The notes beneath the pieces were generated by a model. It was not told the origin of the DNA and searched no databases. It worked only from the letters and a program-made list of their open reading frames with translations. From an uncultured Ramlibacter sp. (GTDB lineage: Bacteria; Pseudomonadota; Gammaproteobacteria; Burkholderiales; Burkholderiaceae_C), in NCBI RefSeq assembly GCF_936925435.1, contig NZ_CAKZHQ010000043.1, forward strand, positions 8,859 through 72,858: a stretch of DNA of 64,000 nt, written 5' to 3'. The translations under genes were made by a program, and so were the position numbers. Positions 1 through 11,383 of the stretch are shown here, one piece after another (position 1 is the first letter of the stretch; every line of letters starts with the position of its first letter).

Positions 1-930
1 GGCCAGGGCGCCGGGCTGGGCCAGCACCTGGACCGCGGCTTCCGAGTAGCCCTGGGTTTCGTCGTGGAAGCGCCGGCCCGCCGCATTGAGCTGCACGCCG
101 CCTTCCATCATCACCGCCCATGTCATCAGCGCGCCCTGGGGCACGACCCAGGAGCCGTGGCCCTGGTAGCCGCCCAGGTCGGCCAGGCCGGCGCCCAGTT
201 CCCGGCCCCAGAGGATGGCGCTGCCGTCGTTGCCTGTGTGGCCGGCATAGGTGGCCTCCCGCATCTGCGGCAGCAGTTCGGCCACCAGGGCCGGGTTGCC
301 GCCGAAGCCATTGCAGGCCAGCAGCAGCACCTCGCAGGCCAGATGCTCGATGGCACCGTTCGGTCGTTCGTAGCCCACGCCCAGGATGCGGTTCTGCGCG
401 TCCACCCACAGCTCGGTCACCCGTGCGCAGGTCAGCAGGTCGGCGCCGCTGTCCTGCGCGGCCTGCAGCAGGGCCGCCACCAGGGCGGCGCCGGTGCGCT
501 GCGCCAGGCTGTGCATGCGGTGCAGGCCGTGGCCGGGATAGAGGAAGTTGTCCAGCACGCCGAAGGCCAGGCCGTGGTGGGCCAGCGCGTCCAGCGCCGG
601 GCCCGAGGCCTGCGCATAGGCTTGTACCAGGTGCGGATCCGCATCGCCGTGGGCCTTGGCCTGGATGTCTTGCGCAAACAGCGCCGGACTGTCGGCGATG
701 CCTTGGCGCGCCTGGGCCCGGGTGCCCGCAGCCGGAATGAAGCCGGACGACAGGGCCGACGAGCCGCTTGGGCTGGCATCGCGCTCCAGCAGCACGCACT
801 CGATGCCCGCATCGCGCAGCGCGATGGCCGCCGTCAGGCCGCAGGCGCCGGCGCCCACGATGGCCACCGGCACCCGCAGCGGCGCTTCCAGGCGCTCGGC
901 GCGGACGATGCGGAGTGGGGCGTCTGCCAT
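1..930 (-). CDS. FAD-dependent oxidoreductase, fumarate reductase/succinate dehydrogenase flavoprotein-like (3' end cut by window edge)
   Basis: Not in the ORF track because there is no stop inside the window. My own minus-strand translation from the ATG at 930-928 reads MADAPLRIVRAERLEAPLRVPVAIVGAGACGLTAAIALRDAGIECVLLERDASPSGSSALSSGFIPAAGT... It has a GxGxxG dinucleotide fold followed by an acidic residue. Same strand, 12 nt after the upstream stop. Confidence 0.7.
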   Translation of the reverse strand, partial: MADAPLRIVRAERLEAPLRVPVAIVGAGACGLTAAIALRDAGIECVLLERDASPSGSSALSSGFIPAAGTRAQARQGIADSPALFAQDIQAKAHGDADPHLVQAYAQASGPALDALAHHGLAFGVLDNFLYPGHGLHRMHSLAQRTGAALVAALLQAAQDSGADLLTCARVTELWVDAQNRILGVGYERPNGAIEHLACEVLLLACNGFGGNPALVAELLPQMREATYAGHTGNDGSAILWGRELGAGLADLGGYQGHGSWVVPQGALMTWAVMMEGGVQLNAAGRRFHDETQGYSEAAVQVLAQPGALA

Positions 931-942
931 CGCAGCGCTGCG

Positions 943-2418
943 TCAGGCCGTGGGACGGAACAGGTACTGGCCGCGCGGCTTGCCGATGATGCCGCGCTCG
1001 TGCGTGTAGATCTGTTCCCCGCGCAAAAAGGTGGCCTCGATGCGGGCCGACATCTCCAGGCCCTCGAAGGGCGTGTAGCCCTGGGTCGAGGGCGAGTTCT
1101 TGGCCTGGATGGTCCAGCTGCGCGCCGGGTCCACCAGGGCGATGTCGGCGTCGTAGCCCTCGGCGATATCCCCCTTGTGGTTCAGGCCGAAGCGCTGGGC
1201 CGGCGCCCAGCTGGTGACGCGGGCCATGTGGTTGTAGCCCATGCCGCGCCGCGTGCCTTCGCTGACCAGGGCCGGCAGCAGGTACTCGGTGCCGCCGAAG
1301 CCGCTCTTGGCCATCCAGATGTTGCCGAAGTAGCGCTTGGGGATCTTGGTCTCATGGCGGCAGCAGGCGTGGTCCGACACCACCCAGTCCAGCTCGCCGG
1401 CCAGCAGCGCCTGCCACAGGTATTCCACGTCCTCGCGCGGCCGGATCGGCGGGTTGACCTTGGCGAGCTCCGCCGCCTTGGACGTCGTGTCCAGCATCAG
1501 GTGGCCGATGGTCACCTCGCGGCGGAAGTCGATGTGGGGGAAGGTGTCGGCCATCATCAGCGCTGCCTGCACCGCCTTGCGCGAGCTCAGATGCAGCAGG
1601 TTGATGTTGGGCAGGGCGGTTTCGTTGGCCAGGTAGCTGGCGATGAAAACCGCCAGGCCTTCCGAGTGCTGGGGCCGCGAGGCGCTGTAGGCCGCCAGGC
1701 CCTTGAGCGACTTGTCCTTCTCGACGATCTTGGTGTAGGCCGTCATGATCTCGGCCGTCTCGCAGTGCAGCGACAGCGAGATCTGGCTTGCGCGGTCCGG
1801 GAACTGCTCGCGCGCCGCCTGCACGCCGCGCATGATGAACTCGAAGTGCGCGTAGTCGTAGCGCTCGTCCTCGCCGATCATCAGGAACTGCTTTTGCGCG
1901 TCGCTGGCGCCGTGCAGGCCGTGCGAGCCGTAGAACATGAAAATCTTGAAGCTGGAGACGCCGTGCTTTTCGATCAGCATCGGGATCTCGTCGATGTGGG
2001 TCTTGTCCATGGGCGCCAGGTGGAAGCCGTAGTCCACGTGGAAGCGGCCCTTGCTGGTCTTGAGCACCTCGGGGAAGAACTTCTTGTAAGGCCCACCCTT
2101 GTTCAGGTAGTACTGGCCGGTGCGAAAGTAGTTCAGGCTGGAGGTGACGCCGCCCATGGCCGCGGCCTTGGACTCGCTCACCGCGTCCTCGCCCAGCGGC
2201 GAGTAGATGCCGCTGTGCATATGGGCATCGACCACGCCCGGGAAGGCCAGCAGGCCACCGGCGTCGTGCACGGCCTTGGCCGAGGTCACGTCGATGGCCG
2301 GCGCCACGCGGGCGATGCGGCCGTCGCGCACGGCGATGTCCGAGCTGTGTACGGTGTTGCCGTGGGGCCGCACCACGCGCGCATTCTTGATCAGCAGGTC
2401 ATAGAGGGGACGGGTCAC
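943..2418 (-). CDS. cyclic amidohydrolase, hydantoinase/dihydropyrimidinase family
   Basis: Lies inside ORF 943..2553. GTG at 2418 is preceded by CAGGAG 6 nt upstream (VTRPLYDLLIKNARVV...). Metal-site motifs look intact: DAHMH, FKIFMFY (candidate carbamylated Lys), SLHCE, LLHLSS, VVSDHACC. Confidence 0.8.
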   Translation of the reverse strand: MTRPLYDLLIKNARVVRPHGNTVHSSDIAVRDGRIARVAPAIDVTSAKAVHDAGGLLAFPGVVDAHMHSGIYSPLGEDAVSESKAAAMGGVTSSLNYFRTGQYYLNKGGPYKKFFPEVLKTSKGRFHVDYGFHLAPMDKTHIDEIPMLIEKHGVSSFKIFMFYGSHGLHGASDAQKQFLMIGEDERYDYAHFEFIMRGVQAAREQFPDRASQISLSLHCETAEIMTAYTKIVEKDKSLKGLAAYSASRPQHSEGLAVFIASYLANETALPNINLLHLSSRKAVQAALMMADTFPHIDFRREVTIGHLMLDTTSKAAELAKVNPPIRPREDVEYLWQALLAGELDWVVSDHACCRHETKIPKRYFGNIWMAKSGFGGTEYLLPALVSEGTRRGMGYNHMARVTSWAPAQRFGLNHKGDIAEGYDADIALVDPARSWTIQAKNSPSTQGYTPFEGLEMSARIEATFLRGEQIYTHERGIIGKPRGQYLFRPTA

Positions 2419-2926
2419 GCGAAACTCCTGGTGGCTGGAAACGTCGTTTGAGCTGGGGCAGCAGGCCACCGGCCTCGACCATGTCGAGCAGGAAGCCTGG
2501 AACGGGATCGGTGGGCAGGGCGCTGCCGTTGGCGCGCACCACCCAGCCGGCATGGGGGTCGATGGTGATCAATTCACCCTCGGTGATGGCGCCGGCCTGC
2601 GGACAGGTCAGCAGCAACAGGCCCAGGTTGAAGGCGTTGCGGAAGAACAGGCCGGCAAAGGAGGGCGCGATGACGGCCGCCACACCCAGGTGGCGCAGCG
2701 CGCCGGCGGCCTGCTCGCGCGAGGAGCCGATCCCGAAGTTGGGGCCGGCCACCAGCACGTCGCCGGCGCGCACGCCGGCAGCAAACTCCGGTCGCACGGT
2801 TTCCAGGCAGTGCTTCGCGATGGTGTCCAGGCCGTGCTGCATCCAGGCGCCGGGCGCCAGCGCGTCGGTGTCGATGTCGGCGCCAAAGCGCCAGACCCGG
2901 TGCAGCGAGCGGTCGTCGCCCGTCAT
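2399..2926 (-). CDS. aconitase-family dehydratase small subunit (LeuD-like)
   Basis: C-terminal part of ORF 2399..3835: MTGDDRSLHRVWRFGADIDTDALAPGAW...GPNFGIGSSREQAA (swivel-domain GSSRE motif). ATG at 2926 overlaps the large-subunit stop (ATGA at 2923-2926). Confidence 0.8.
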   Translation of the reverse strand: MTGDDRSLHRVWRFGADIDTDALAPGAWMQHGLDTIAKHCLETVRPEFAAGVRAGDVLVAGPNFGIGSSREQAAGALRHLGVAAVIAPSFAGLFFRNAFNLGLLLLTCPQAGAITEGELITIDPHAGWVVRANGSALPTDPVPGFLLDMVEAGGLLPQLKRRFQPPGVSRDPSPL

Positions 2927-4191
2927 GCCAGCACCTCGCGCGGGTCGGCGATGCGGCCGGCCAGGGCCGAGGCCGCCACGGTGTAGGCCGAGGCCAGGAA
3001 GACCTGGGTCTCGGGCGGGCCCATGCGGCCCTTGAAGTTGCGCGCCGTGCTGGAGATCACCGTCTCGTGGGCGGCGAAGCTGTCGCCGTAGCCGGCGCAG
3101 GCGCCGCAGGCGCTGGGCAGCAGCTGGGCGCCGGCGTCCAGCAGGGCCTGCAGCGTGCCTTCCTGCTGCGCGGTGTCGCGGTCGGCGTGGCTGGCCGGTG
3201 CCACCAGCAGGCGCACGCCGGCGGCGACGCGCCTGCCGCGCAGCACCTGGGCGGCAAAGCGCAGGTCTTCCAGCTTGGCGCCGGTGCAGGCGCCGATGTA
3301 GGCAGCATGGACGCGGGTGCCCCGGTGCTCGCCCACCGGACGCGCATTGGCCGGGCTGAAGGGGGCGGCGACCTGGGGCGCCAGAGCACTGGCATCGAAG
3401 CCGTGCTCCTCGTCGGCGCTGCCCGGATCGGAGTGCCAGGGCTGGGTGTCCACATCCGGCGCGCCGTGCAAGGCCAGCCAGTCGCGCGTCACCGCGTCGG
3501 GCTCGACCAGGCCGGCCTGTGCGCCCAGTTCGGCGCTCATATTGGCCAGGGTCATGCGCTCGTGCATGGGCAGGGCGCGCACCGCATCGCCGGCGAACTC
3601 CACCGCCTGGTAGGCGCCGCCGTTCATGCCGAAGCGGGCCAGCAGGGCCAGCATCATGTCCTTGGCGGCCACGCCCGGCGCCAGCCGACCGTCCCAGCGC
3701 ATGCGCAGGGTGCGCGGCACCTGGACCCAGATCTGGCCGGTGGCCAGCACGCCCAGCATCTCGGTGCTGCCGATGCCGAACATGTAGGCGCCAAAAGCGC
3801 CGCCGGTGGGCGAGTGGGAGTCGCCACCCACGCACAGCAGGCCGGGCCGGATGTGGCCATGCTGCGGTACGACCACATGGCAGATGCCCACGGAGTCATA
3901 GACATGGGGCAGGGCCTGGTCGCGCGCCCAGTCGCGCGCGATGCGCACGATCTTGCGTGCCTCCTCGCTGCGCTCGGGCACGTAGTGGTCCATGACCAGC
4001 ACCACGCGCGACTTGTCCCAGATGGGCGCGCCCAGCTCTTCCAGCATGGGCTTGAGCCGGCGCGGGCCAGAGGAGTCGTGGAACATGGCCAGGTCGACCG
4101 CGCAGCTGACGATCTCGCCCGTGTGCACCGCATCGCGCCCTGCGGCACGGGCCAACAGCTTTTGTGCCAGTGACTGAGGAACTGCGCTCAT
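2923..4191 (-). CDS. aconitase-family dehydratase large subunit (LeuC/homoaconitase-like)
   Basis: 422-aa ORF with DSHSPTGGAFG, IGACTG and PSACGACAGYG (three Fe-S cysteines) and STARNFKGRMG. Confidence 0.85.
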   Translation of the reverse strand: MSAVPQSLAQKLLARAAGRDAVHTGEIVSCAVDLAMFHDSSGPRRLKPMLEELGAPIWDKSRVVLVMDHYVPERSEEARKIVRIARDWARDQALPHVYDSVGICHVVVPQHGHIRPGLLCVGGDSHSPTGGAFGAYMFGIGSTEMLGVLATGQIWVQVPRTLRMRWDGRLAPGVAAKDMMLALLARFGMNGGAYQAVEFAGDAVRALPMHERMTLANMSAELGAQAGLVEPDAVTRDWLALHGAPDVDTQPWHSDPGSADEEHGFDASALAPQVAAPFSPANARPVGEHRGTRVHAAYIGACTGAKLEDLRFAAQVLRGRRVAAGVRLLVAPASHADRDTAQQEGTLQALLDAGAQLLPSACGACAGYGDSFAAHETVISSTARNFKGRMGPPETQVFLASAYTVAASALAGRIADPREVLA

Positions 4192-5153
4192 TCGGGCCTC
4201 GCTCCCGAGTACTTGACCACCTTGGCCCAGCGCACGATTTCCTCGTGCACGAAGCGCGCGAACTCATCGGGCGCGTTGCCCACCGGTGTCGCCCCTTCGA
4301 ACTCGATCCGCTTCCTGACTTCCGGCGTGGCGACGGCCTGGCGGGCCGCGTCGGACAGGCGTTTGGCCAGGTCCGGCGCCATGCGGCCTGGGCCGAACAG
4401 GCCGAACCAGGCGCTGGACTGGTAGCCTGGCAGGACCTCGGCGATGGCCGGCGTGTCGGGGAAGGCGGGAAGGCGCTGTGGGCTGGTCACGCCCAGCAGC
4501 TTGAGCTTGCCGGCGCGCACCTGGGCCTGGGCGTTGCCGACGTTGGCGAACATCAGCTCCACCTGGCCGGCCAGCACGTCCTGGATGGCCGGCGCTGTGC
4601 CCTTGTACGGGATGTTGACGATGTAGGTGCCTGACAGCATCTTGAAGGCCTCGCCCGCCAGGTGCACCGAGGATCCCATGGCGCCGATGGCGAAGTTCAG
4701 CTTGCCTGGCTTGGCCTTGGCCAGGGCGATCAGCTCGCGCAGATTGGCTGCCGGCAGCGAAGGATGGGCCACCAGCAAGGCCGGCGAGGTCGAGACCATG
4801 GTCAGCGGCGTGAAGTCGCGCTCCGGGTCGAAGGGCAGGCTGGGGAACAGCGAGGCATTGATCGCATGGCTGGTGAAGCTCATGAGCAAGGTGTTGCCGT
4901 CGGGCGCAGCCTTGGCCACCAGGTCGGCCGCGATGTTGCCGCCGGCGCCGGGCTTGTTGTCCACCACCACGGTGCGGCCCAGCACGCGGCCCAGTTCCAC
5001 CGCCAGTGTGCGGGCCATGGTGTCGGTTGTGCCGCCGGCCGGTGCGCCCACCAGAATGCGCACCGGCGCCTGCATGCCCTGGGCGCGCGCCAGCAGGGGC
5101 AGGGCAGCGGCCAGCAGCAGGGCGCGGCGGGTGGCAAAGGACGCGAGCTTCAT
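4188..5153 (-). CDS. Bug-family (TctC-like) periplasmic tricarboxylate-type binding protein
   Basis: 321 aa. Signal peptide, then the typical Bug core: VDNKPGAGGNIAADLVAKAAPDGNTLLM...YKGTAPAIQDVLAGQVELMF. Its stop overlaps the LeuC-like start (ATGA). Confidence 0.9.
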   Translation of the reverse strand: MKLASFATRRALLLAAALPLLARAQGMQAPVRILVGAPAGGTTDTMARTLAVELGRVLGRTVVVDNKPGAGGNIAADLVAKAAPDGNTLLMSFTSHAINASLFPSLPFDPERDFTPLTMVSTSPALLVAHPSLPAANLRELIALAKAKPGKLNFAIGAMGSSVHLAGEAFKMLSGTYIVNIPYKGTAPAIQDVLAGQVELMFANVGNAQAQVRAGKLKLLGVTSPQRLPAFPDTPAIAEVLPGYQSSAWFGLFGPGRMAPDLAKRLSDAARQAVATPEVRKRIEFEGATPVGNAPDEFARFVHEEIVRWAKVVKYSGARPE

Positions 5154-5156
5154 GCC

Positions 5157-6617
<1,461 letters not shown>

Positions 6618-6625
<8 letters not shown>

Positions 6626-7589
6626 GGCGGCCCTTCCACAGGCTGCGCACCGACTGGCCCAGGCCCAGGATGCCGCGCGGCGCGAACATCACGATCAGCA
6701 CCAGAACGCTGCCGTAGATCACCATGTTGATGCCCGGCAACTGGCCAAACAGGTTACGCGTGCCCTCGGCCAGCAGGTGCAGCACCAGGGCGCCCAGCAC
6801 CGGCCCCCACAGGCTGCCCAGGCCGCCAACGATGGCGGCCACCAGGGCCTCGACCGAGGTGTGCGAGCCATAGGCGATCGAAGGGTCGATGTACTGGAAC
6901 ACCTGCACGTAGAAGGCGCCGGCTGCGCCCATGAAGGCGCCCGACAGGCAGATCGCACCAAGCTTGACGCGAAACGGATTGACGCCGATGGCGCGTGCCG
7001 CGTCCTCGTTGTCGCGCACCGCCTGCAGCCAGGCGCCAAAGCGCGAATGGCGCAGCCAGCAGGTGACCAGCAGGGCCAGCACCACCAGGGCCAGCGCCAC
7101 CAGCACGTAGCCGCGCCGGTCGGCGAACTGCAGGTTGGCCGCGCCCTGGCGCAGCGGCACCATCAGGCCGACGCCGCCGCCGGTGAACTGCAGCGACAGT
7201 GCCAGGATGCGAAAGACCTCGGCAAAGGCCAGGGTCACCAGGGCGAAGTACGAGCCCTTCAGGCCGTAGCGGAAGGACAGGGCACCGACGAAAAGACCCA
7301 CAGCTGCCGCCGCCAGCATGGCCAAGGGCAGGGCGACCCAGGGGTTGATGCCGGCGCTCATCTGGGCCAGCGCCTGCGCGTAGGCGCCGGTGCCGAAGAA
7401 CAGGGCATGGCCGAAGGAGAACTGGCCGCCGTAGCCGCCGAGCAGGTTCCAGGCCTGTGCCATCAGGCAGGCGTACAGCGTCATCATCGCCAGGTTGAGC
7501 ACCACGCCCGAGCCGCTGAACGCAGCCAGTGCGGCCACCGCGACGGCGAAGGCAGCGATCTGCAGCAGGTCGCGCCGCAAGGGGTTCAT
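6618..7589 (-). CDS. branched-chain-amino-acid-type ABC transporter permease (LivM-like)
   Basis: C-terminal 323 aa of the artefactual 969-aa ORF 6618..9527: MNPLRRDLLQIAAFAV..., multi-pass hydrophobic, VRDNEDAARAIGVN motif. ATG at 7589 overlaps the LivH-like stop. Confidence 0.85.
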
Positions 7590-8470
7590 GGTTTGGCTCC
7601 GAACAGGCCTTGCGGGCGGAACAGCAGCACGGCGATGAAGATCAGGAAGATGCCGATCTGGCCCAGCGACTCGCCGAACCACAGGCCCCCCAGGGATTCC
7701 ACCACGCCCACCAGCAGGCCGCCGGCCAGGGCGCCGGCGAAGCTGCCCATGCCGCCGAGCACGACGATGGTGAAGGCCACCAGCACGAAGCCGCCGCCGA
7801 CCTGCGGGTTGACGTAATAGGCCGGCAGCAGAAAGCAGGCTGCCGCGCCCAGGCAGGCCAGGCCGATGCCAAAACTTATGGCGTAGACATGGTCGACGTC
7901 GATGCCCACCAGGCGCGCGCCGTGTTTCTCGCGGGCCACGGCGCGGATGGCGCGGCCCAGATCGGTCTTCTTGACGGTCCACAGCAGCACGGCGCAGGCC
8001 GCCAGCGCGCCGAAGAAGGCCACCAGCTTGGGCAGGGACAGCGCCGCCGGGCCGATGGCCACCGTGGCCAGGGTGTAGGACGTCTCGATGCTGCGCGTGT
8101 CGGACTTGAAGGCCAGCAGGGCGAGGTTTTCCAGCACGATGGAAATGCCCAGGGTGACCAGCAGGATGTTCTCGTCCTTGCCGTGGCTGGCCCGGTTGAT
8201 CACCACCCGCTGCAATGCATAGCCGAGCGCGAACATCGCCGGCACCATGATGGGCAGGGCAGCGTAGGGGTCGATGCCCAGGCCCTGCTTGAGGTAGTAC
8301 ACGCCGTACAGCGCCACCATCAGCGCCGCACCGTGGGCGAAGTTGATGATGTGCAGCACGCCGTAGATCAGGGTCAGGCCCAGGGCCACCAGCGCGTAGA
8401 CCGCGCCGGTGGTCAGGCCGTTGAGGACCGACGGGAACAGGATGCCGAAGTCGAACACCCGGGGCGCCAC
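7586..8470 (-). CDS. branched-chain-amino-acid-type ABC transporter permease (LivH-like)
   Basis: 294 aa, hydrophobic. LTLIYGVLHIINFAHGA motif. GTG start abuts the binding-protein stop. Confidence 0.85.
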   Translation of the reverse strand: MAPRVFDFGILFPSVLNGLTTGAVYALVALGLTLIYGVLHIINFAHGAALMVALYGVYYLKQGLGIDPYAALPIMVPAMFALGYALQRVVINRASHGKDENILLVTLGISIVLENLALLAFKSDTRSIETSYTLATVAIGPAALSLPKLVAFFGALAACAVLLWTVKKTDLGRAIRAVAREKHGARLVGIDVDHVYAISFGIGLACLGAAACFLLPAYYVNPQVGGGFVLVAFTIVVLGGMGSFAGALAGGLLVGVVESLGGLWFGESLGQIGIFLIFIAVLLFRPQGLFGAKP

Positions 8471-9685
8471 TCAGGCCTTGAGGGGGAACAGGGGGTCGGC
8501 CTCGCGGTAGTCGCGCGGGATGATGACCTTGATGTCGCCCTTGAGCACCTGGGTCATCAGCGGCTGGGCGCCCAGGTTCTGTCCCTTGTCGAACTTGGTC
8601 GGGCCGTACGGCATGATGTGGTCGGAGAATGTGCTGGACTCCAGCGCCGCGATGATGGCGGCCCGGTCGGTCGACTTGGCGCGCTCGATGGCGTCGGCCA
8701 GCAGGCGCATCGAGGTGTAGGTCATGAAGACCTCGTAGCTGAAGAACAGGCCCTTGGCCTCGACGCGCTTTTTCAGCTCCAGGCTGCGCTTGTCGCGCGG
8801 ATTGAACCAGTGGTTGCAATCGATGATGCCGTTGGCAGCCTCGGGGAACTCCTTGACGAACTTGTAGCTGGAAGCCGCGCCGCCGAGCACCGAGTAGATC
8901 GCCTTGGGGCTGACCTTTTGCTGCTGCATGGTGCGCACCAGCAGGGCGTACTCGTTGTAGTAGTTGGCCGGGATCACGATGTCGGGGTTGACCGCCTTCA
9001 TGCGCAGCACGATGTTGTTGAAGTCGCGCGTCGGGTTGGCGTGCTTGATGACTTCCTTGACCTCGTAGCCGTAGCCGGGCAGCTCGCGCGCCAGCAGCTG
9101 TGCCGTGCCGGTGCCGAACAGCGACTCCTCGTGGATGATCATCACGGTCTTGGCGGGCTTGCCGGCGGCGGTGTTGAGCACGTGCAGGTTGGCCACCGCG
9201 ACCTCGGCGCACTTGCGGTAGCCGGGGCCGAAGCGGAAGGTGTTCTTCAGGCCGCGCTCGACGATCTGGTCGGCCACGCCGACATCGACCACGTGCGGCA
9301 GGTTGTACTTGGCCGCAGCCTGGGTGGTCGCCAGGCAGATCGCCGAGGCGAAGGCACCGACCACGGCGCTGACGCCGGCCTCGTTCATCTTCTCGATCTC
9401 CGCCGTGCCGGCCGCCGGCGAGGACTGGGCGTCGCCCAGCAGGGCTTCGATCTTGGCGCCGCCCAGCGACTTGATGCCGCCGGCCTTGTTGATGTCCTCG
9501 ATGGCCATCAGCGCGCCTTCGCGGCATTGCTGGCCGGAGTAGGCCAGGGCGCCGGTGACAGGATGCAGCACGCCGATGCGCACCGTCTTGGGCTGGGCGC
9601 CGCCGACGAGCGGGAAGGCCATGGCCGATGCGGCGGCACCGGCCTGGGCGATGAAACGGCGGCGATTGCTGGGCGTGAGGCGCAT
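8471..9685 (-). CDS. ABC transporter periplasmic substrate-binding protein (type I, Leu/Ile/Val-binding family)
   Basis: Inside ORF 8471..9763. Start chosen at MRLTPSNRRRFIAQAG (twin-arginine-like signal), 8 nt after AGGAGA. The alternative ATG at 9691 is only 2 nt from the RBS. Confidence 0.85.
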   Translation of the reverse strand: MRLTPSNRRRFIAQAGAAASAMAFPLVGGAQPKTVRIGVLHPVTGALAYSGQQCREGALMAIEDINKAGGIKSLGGAKIEALLGDAQSSPAAGTAEIEKMNEAGVSAVVGAFASAICLATTQAAAKYNLPHVVDVGVADQIVERGLKNTFRFGPGYRKCAEVAVANLHVLNTAAGKPAKTVMIIHEESLFGTGTAQLLARELPGYGYEVKEVIKHANPTRDFNNIVLRMKAVNPDIVIPANYYNEYALLVRTMQQQKVSPKAIYSVLGGAASSYKFVKEFPEAANGIIDCNHWFNPRDKRSLELKKRVEAKGLFFSYEVFMTYTSMRLLADAIERAKSTDRAAIIAALESSTFSDHIMPYGPTKFDKGQNLGAQPLMTQVLKGDIKVIIPRDYREADPLFPLKA

Positions 9686-9704
9686 GGTCATTTCTCCTGA
9701 TGGG

Positions 9705-10493
9705 TCAATGGAACTGGGCTGAAAAGGCGCGGCTGACCCAGACCTTGGCGTCGATGTCGCCAACGCGGGACAGCTGCATCTGGTACTCGTAGCGGTCGGG
9801 CCGGTACAGGCCGTGCAGCCATTGCACTGGCCGGCCCTGTTCGTCGTGGATCAGGCGGCGCACCGCCAGCAGGGCCGAGCCCACGGCCAGCCCGAGGTGG
9901 GCGGCGACCTGGGCGTCGGCCAGCCGGGCCGAGATGGTCTGCTGCGCGCCGCCCACCCGTACGCCGGATTCCTCCAGCAGCAGCAGGATGGGCTTGCGCG
10001 CCAGTTCCTTCTTGCCGAAGCCGCTGGCCAGGGCGGCGGGCACCCAGGTGGTGATGTGCGACAGCGGGCCTTCGCGGGTGGAGCGCACCCGCACGGCCTT
10101 TTGCACCGGCGCGCCGGCATCCAGCCGCAGGGCCTGGGCGACATCAGGCGTCGCCGCCACCTCGCTGACCTCCAGCACCTTGACCGTGGTGTTGAGGCTG
10201 GTGCTGACCAGGTTTTCCAGCAGGCCGGTCAGGCGCGTGGTCTTGCTGCCGGTGCGCGGCGCGCGTGGTGGCGGCGCGTCGGCTGGCTTGGTACCGCGGC
10301 CGCGCTCGCGCGAGATCAGGCCTTCGCCGGCCAGCTCCTGCAGGGCCCGGCGCACGGTGACGCGGGCCACGCCGAACTGCTGCATCAGGGCCATCTCGCC
10401 GGGCAGGCCCTGGGCGAAGCGGCCTTCGTGCAGTTGCTCGCGCAGCACCAGGTAGATCTGGTGGTACTTGGGCAACGGCAATGTTTGTGACAT
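9705..10493 (-). CDS. GntR/HutC-family transcriptional regulator (wHTH + UTRA-like effector domain)
   Basis: 262 aa. PKYHQIYLVLREQLHEGRFAQGLPGEMALMQQFGVARVTVRRALQELAGEGLISRERGRGT. First gene of the minus-strand operon. Confidence 0.9.
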   Translation of the reverse strand: MSQTLPLPKYHQIYLVLREQLHEGRFAQGLPGEMALMQQFGVARVTVRRALQELAGEGLISRERGRGTKPADAPPPRAPRTGSKTTRLTGLLENLVSTSLNTTVKVLEVSEVAATPDVAQALRLDAGAPVQKAVRVRSTREGPLSHITTWVPAALASGFGKKELARKPILLLLEESGVRVGGAQQTISARLADAQVAAHLGLAVGSALLAVRRLIHDEQGRPVQWLHGLYRPDRYEYQMQLSRVGDIDAKVWVSRAFSAQFH

Positions 10494-10519
10494 CGGCCGC
10501 CATCCTCTGGCGCTTCCAT

Positions 10520-10537
10520 TGTCCTGTCAATAGGACA
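10520..10537. promoter_or_regulatory. candidate GntR-type operator (inverted repeat TGTCCT-N6-AGGACA)
   Basis: Read directly: TGTCCTGTCAATAGGACA, 27-44 nt upstream of the gntR-family start. GGACATTTG is repeated at 10533-10541 and 10545-10553. Confidence 0.35.
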
Positions 10538-10583
10538 TTTGATGGGACATTTGCGCCGGTCCTGCCGGGCGCTGTCTTTGGCG

Positions 10584-11339
10584 TCAGGCGATGGAGTAGC
10601 CGCCGTCGACCGGGATGGCCGTGCCGGTGATGAAGTCGGAGGCGCTGCTGGCCAGGAAGACGGCGATGCCGGCCAGGTCGGGCGGCACGCCCCAGCGCCC
10701 GGCGGGGGTGCGCGCCAGCACGCGCTCATTGAGGCCCTGGACCTGGTCGCGCGCCTTGCGTGTGAGCTCGGTGTCGATCCATCCGGGCAGCACCGCATTG
10801 GCCTGGATGTTGTCGGCCGCCCAGGCCGTGGCCAGCGAGCGGGTGAACTGCACGATGCCGCCCTTGCTGGCGCCGTAAGCCGGCGCATAAGGCGCGCCGA
10901 AGATGGACATCATCGAGCCGATGTTGATGACCTTGCCGGCGCCGGCCGCCTTCATGGGCGCGTGGGCGGCGCGCGAGCACAGGAAAGCGCTGGTCAGGTT
11001 GGTGTCCAGCACCGTGTTCCAGTCCTCCAGGCTCAGGTCCTGCGGCGGCTTGCGGATGTTGGTGCCGGCGTTGTTGACCAGGATGTGCAGGGCGCCGTGG
11101 CGTTCCAGCACCTGGGCGATCAGGCGTTGCACCGAGCCCTCGTCGGTGACGTCGGCTTCCACGGCGTCGGCTTTCAGGCCCTGGGCCTTGAGGGCCTCGA
11201 CGGCGGCGGCCGATTTGGCTGCATCGCGCCCGACCAGCACCACGCTTGCGCCGGAGCGCGCCAGGCCGCGCGCCATGGCCAGGCCGATGCCGCCGTTGCC
11301 GCCGGTGACCAGGGCTGTTTTTCCGCTCAGATCGAACAT
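10584..11339 (-). CDS. SDR-family oxidoreductase (short-chain dehydrogenase)
   Basis: Start at MFDLSGKTALVTGGNGGIG, with AAAGAGG RBS upstream. NNAG and YxxxK (YGASKGG) motifs present. Confidence 0.85.
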   Translation of the reverse strand: MFDLSGKTALVTGGNGGIGLAMARGLARSGASVVLVGRDAAKSAAAVEALKAQGLKADAVEADVTDEGSVQRLIAQVLERHGALHILVNNAGTNIRKPPQDLSLEDWNTVLDTNLTSAFLCSRAAHAPMKAAGAGKVINIGSMMSIFGAPYAPAYGASKGGIVQFTRSLATAWAADNIQANAVLPGWIDTELTRKARDQVQGLNERVLARTPAGRWGVPPDLAGIAVFLASSASDFITGTAIPVDGGYSIA

Positions 11340-11383
11340 GGAGACCTCTTTGTGCCAATGGGGGCTCAAGCATAATTGCAGCC

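Noticed and set aside
64-2451. 795-aa ORF on the plus strand, the longest ORF near the left edge
   Set aside because: It is antisense to two genes with clear motifs (the hydantoinase-like and FAD oxidoreductase genes). It is Ala/Arg/Gly/His-rich with no recognisable motif. This is the typical stop-codon-poor antisense frame of a very GC-rich genome.
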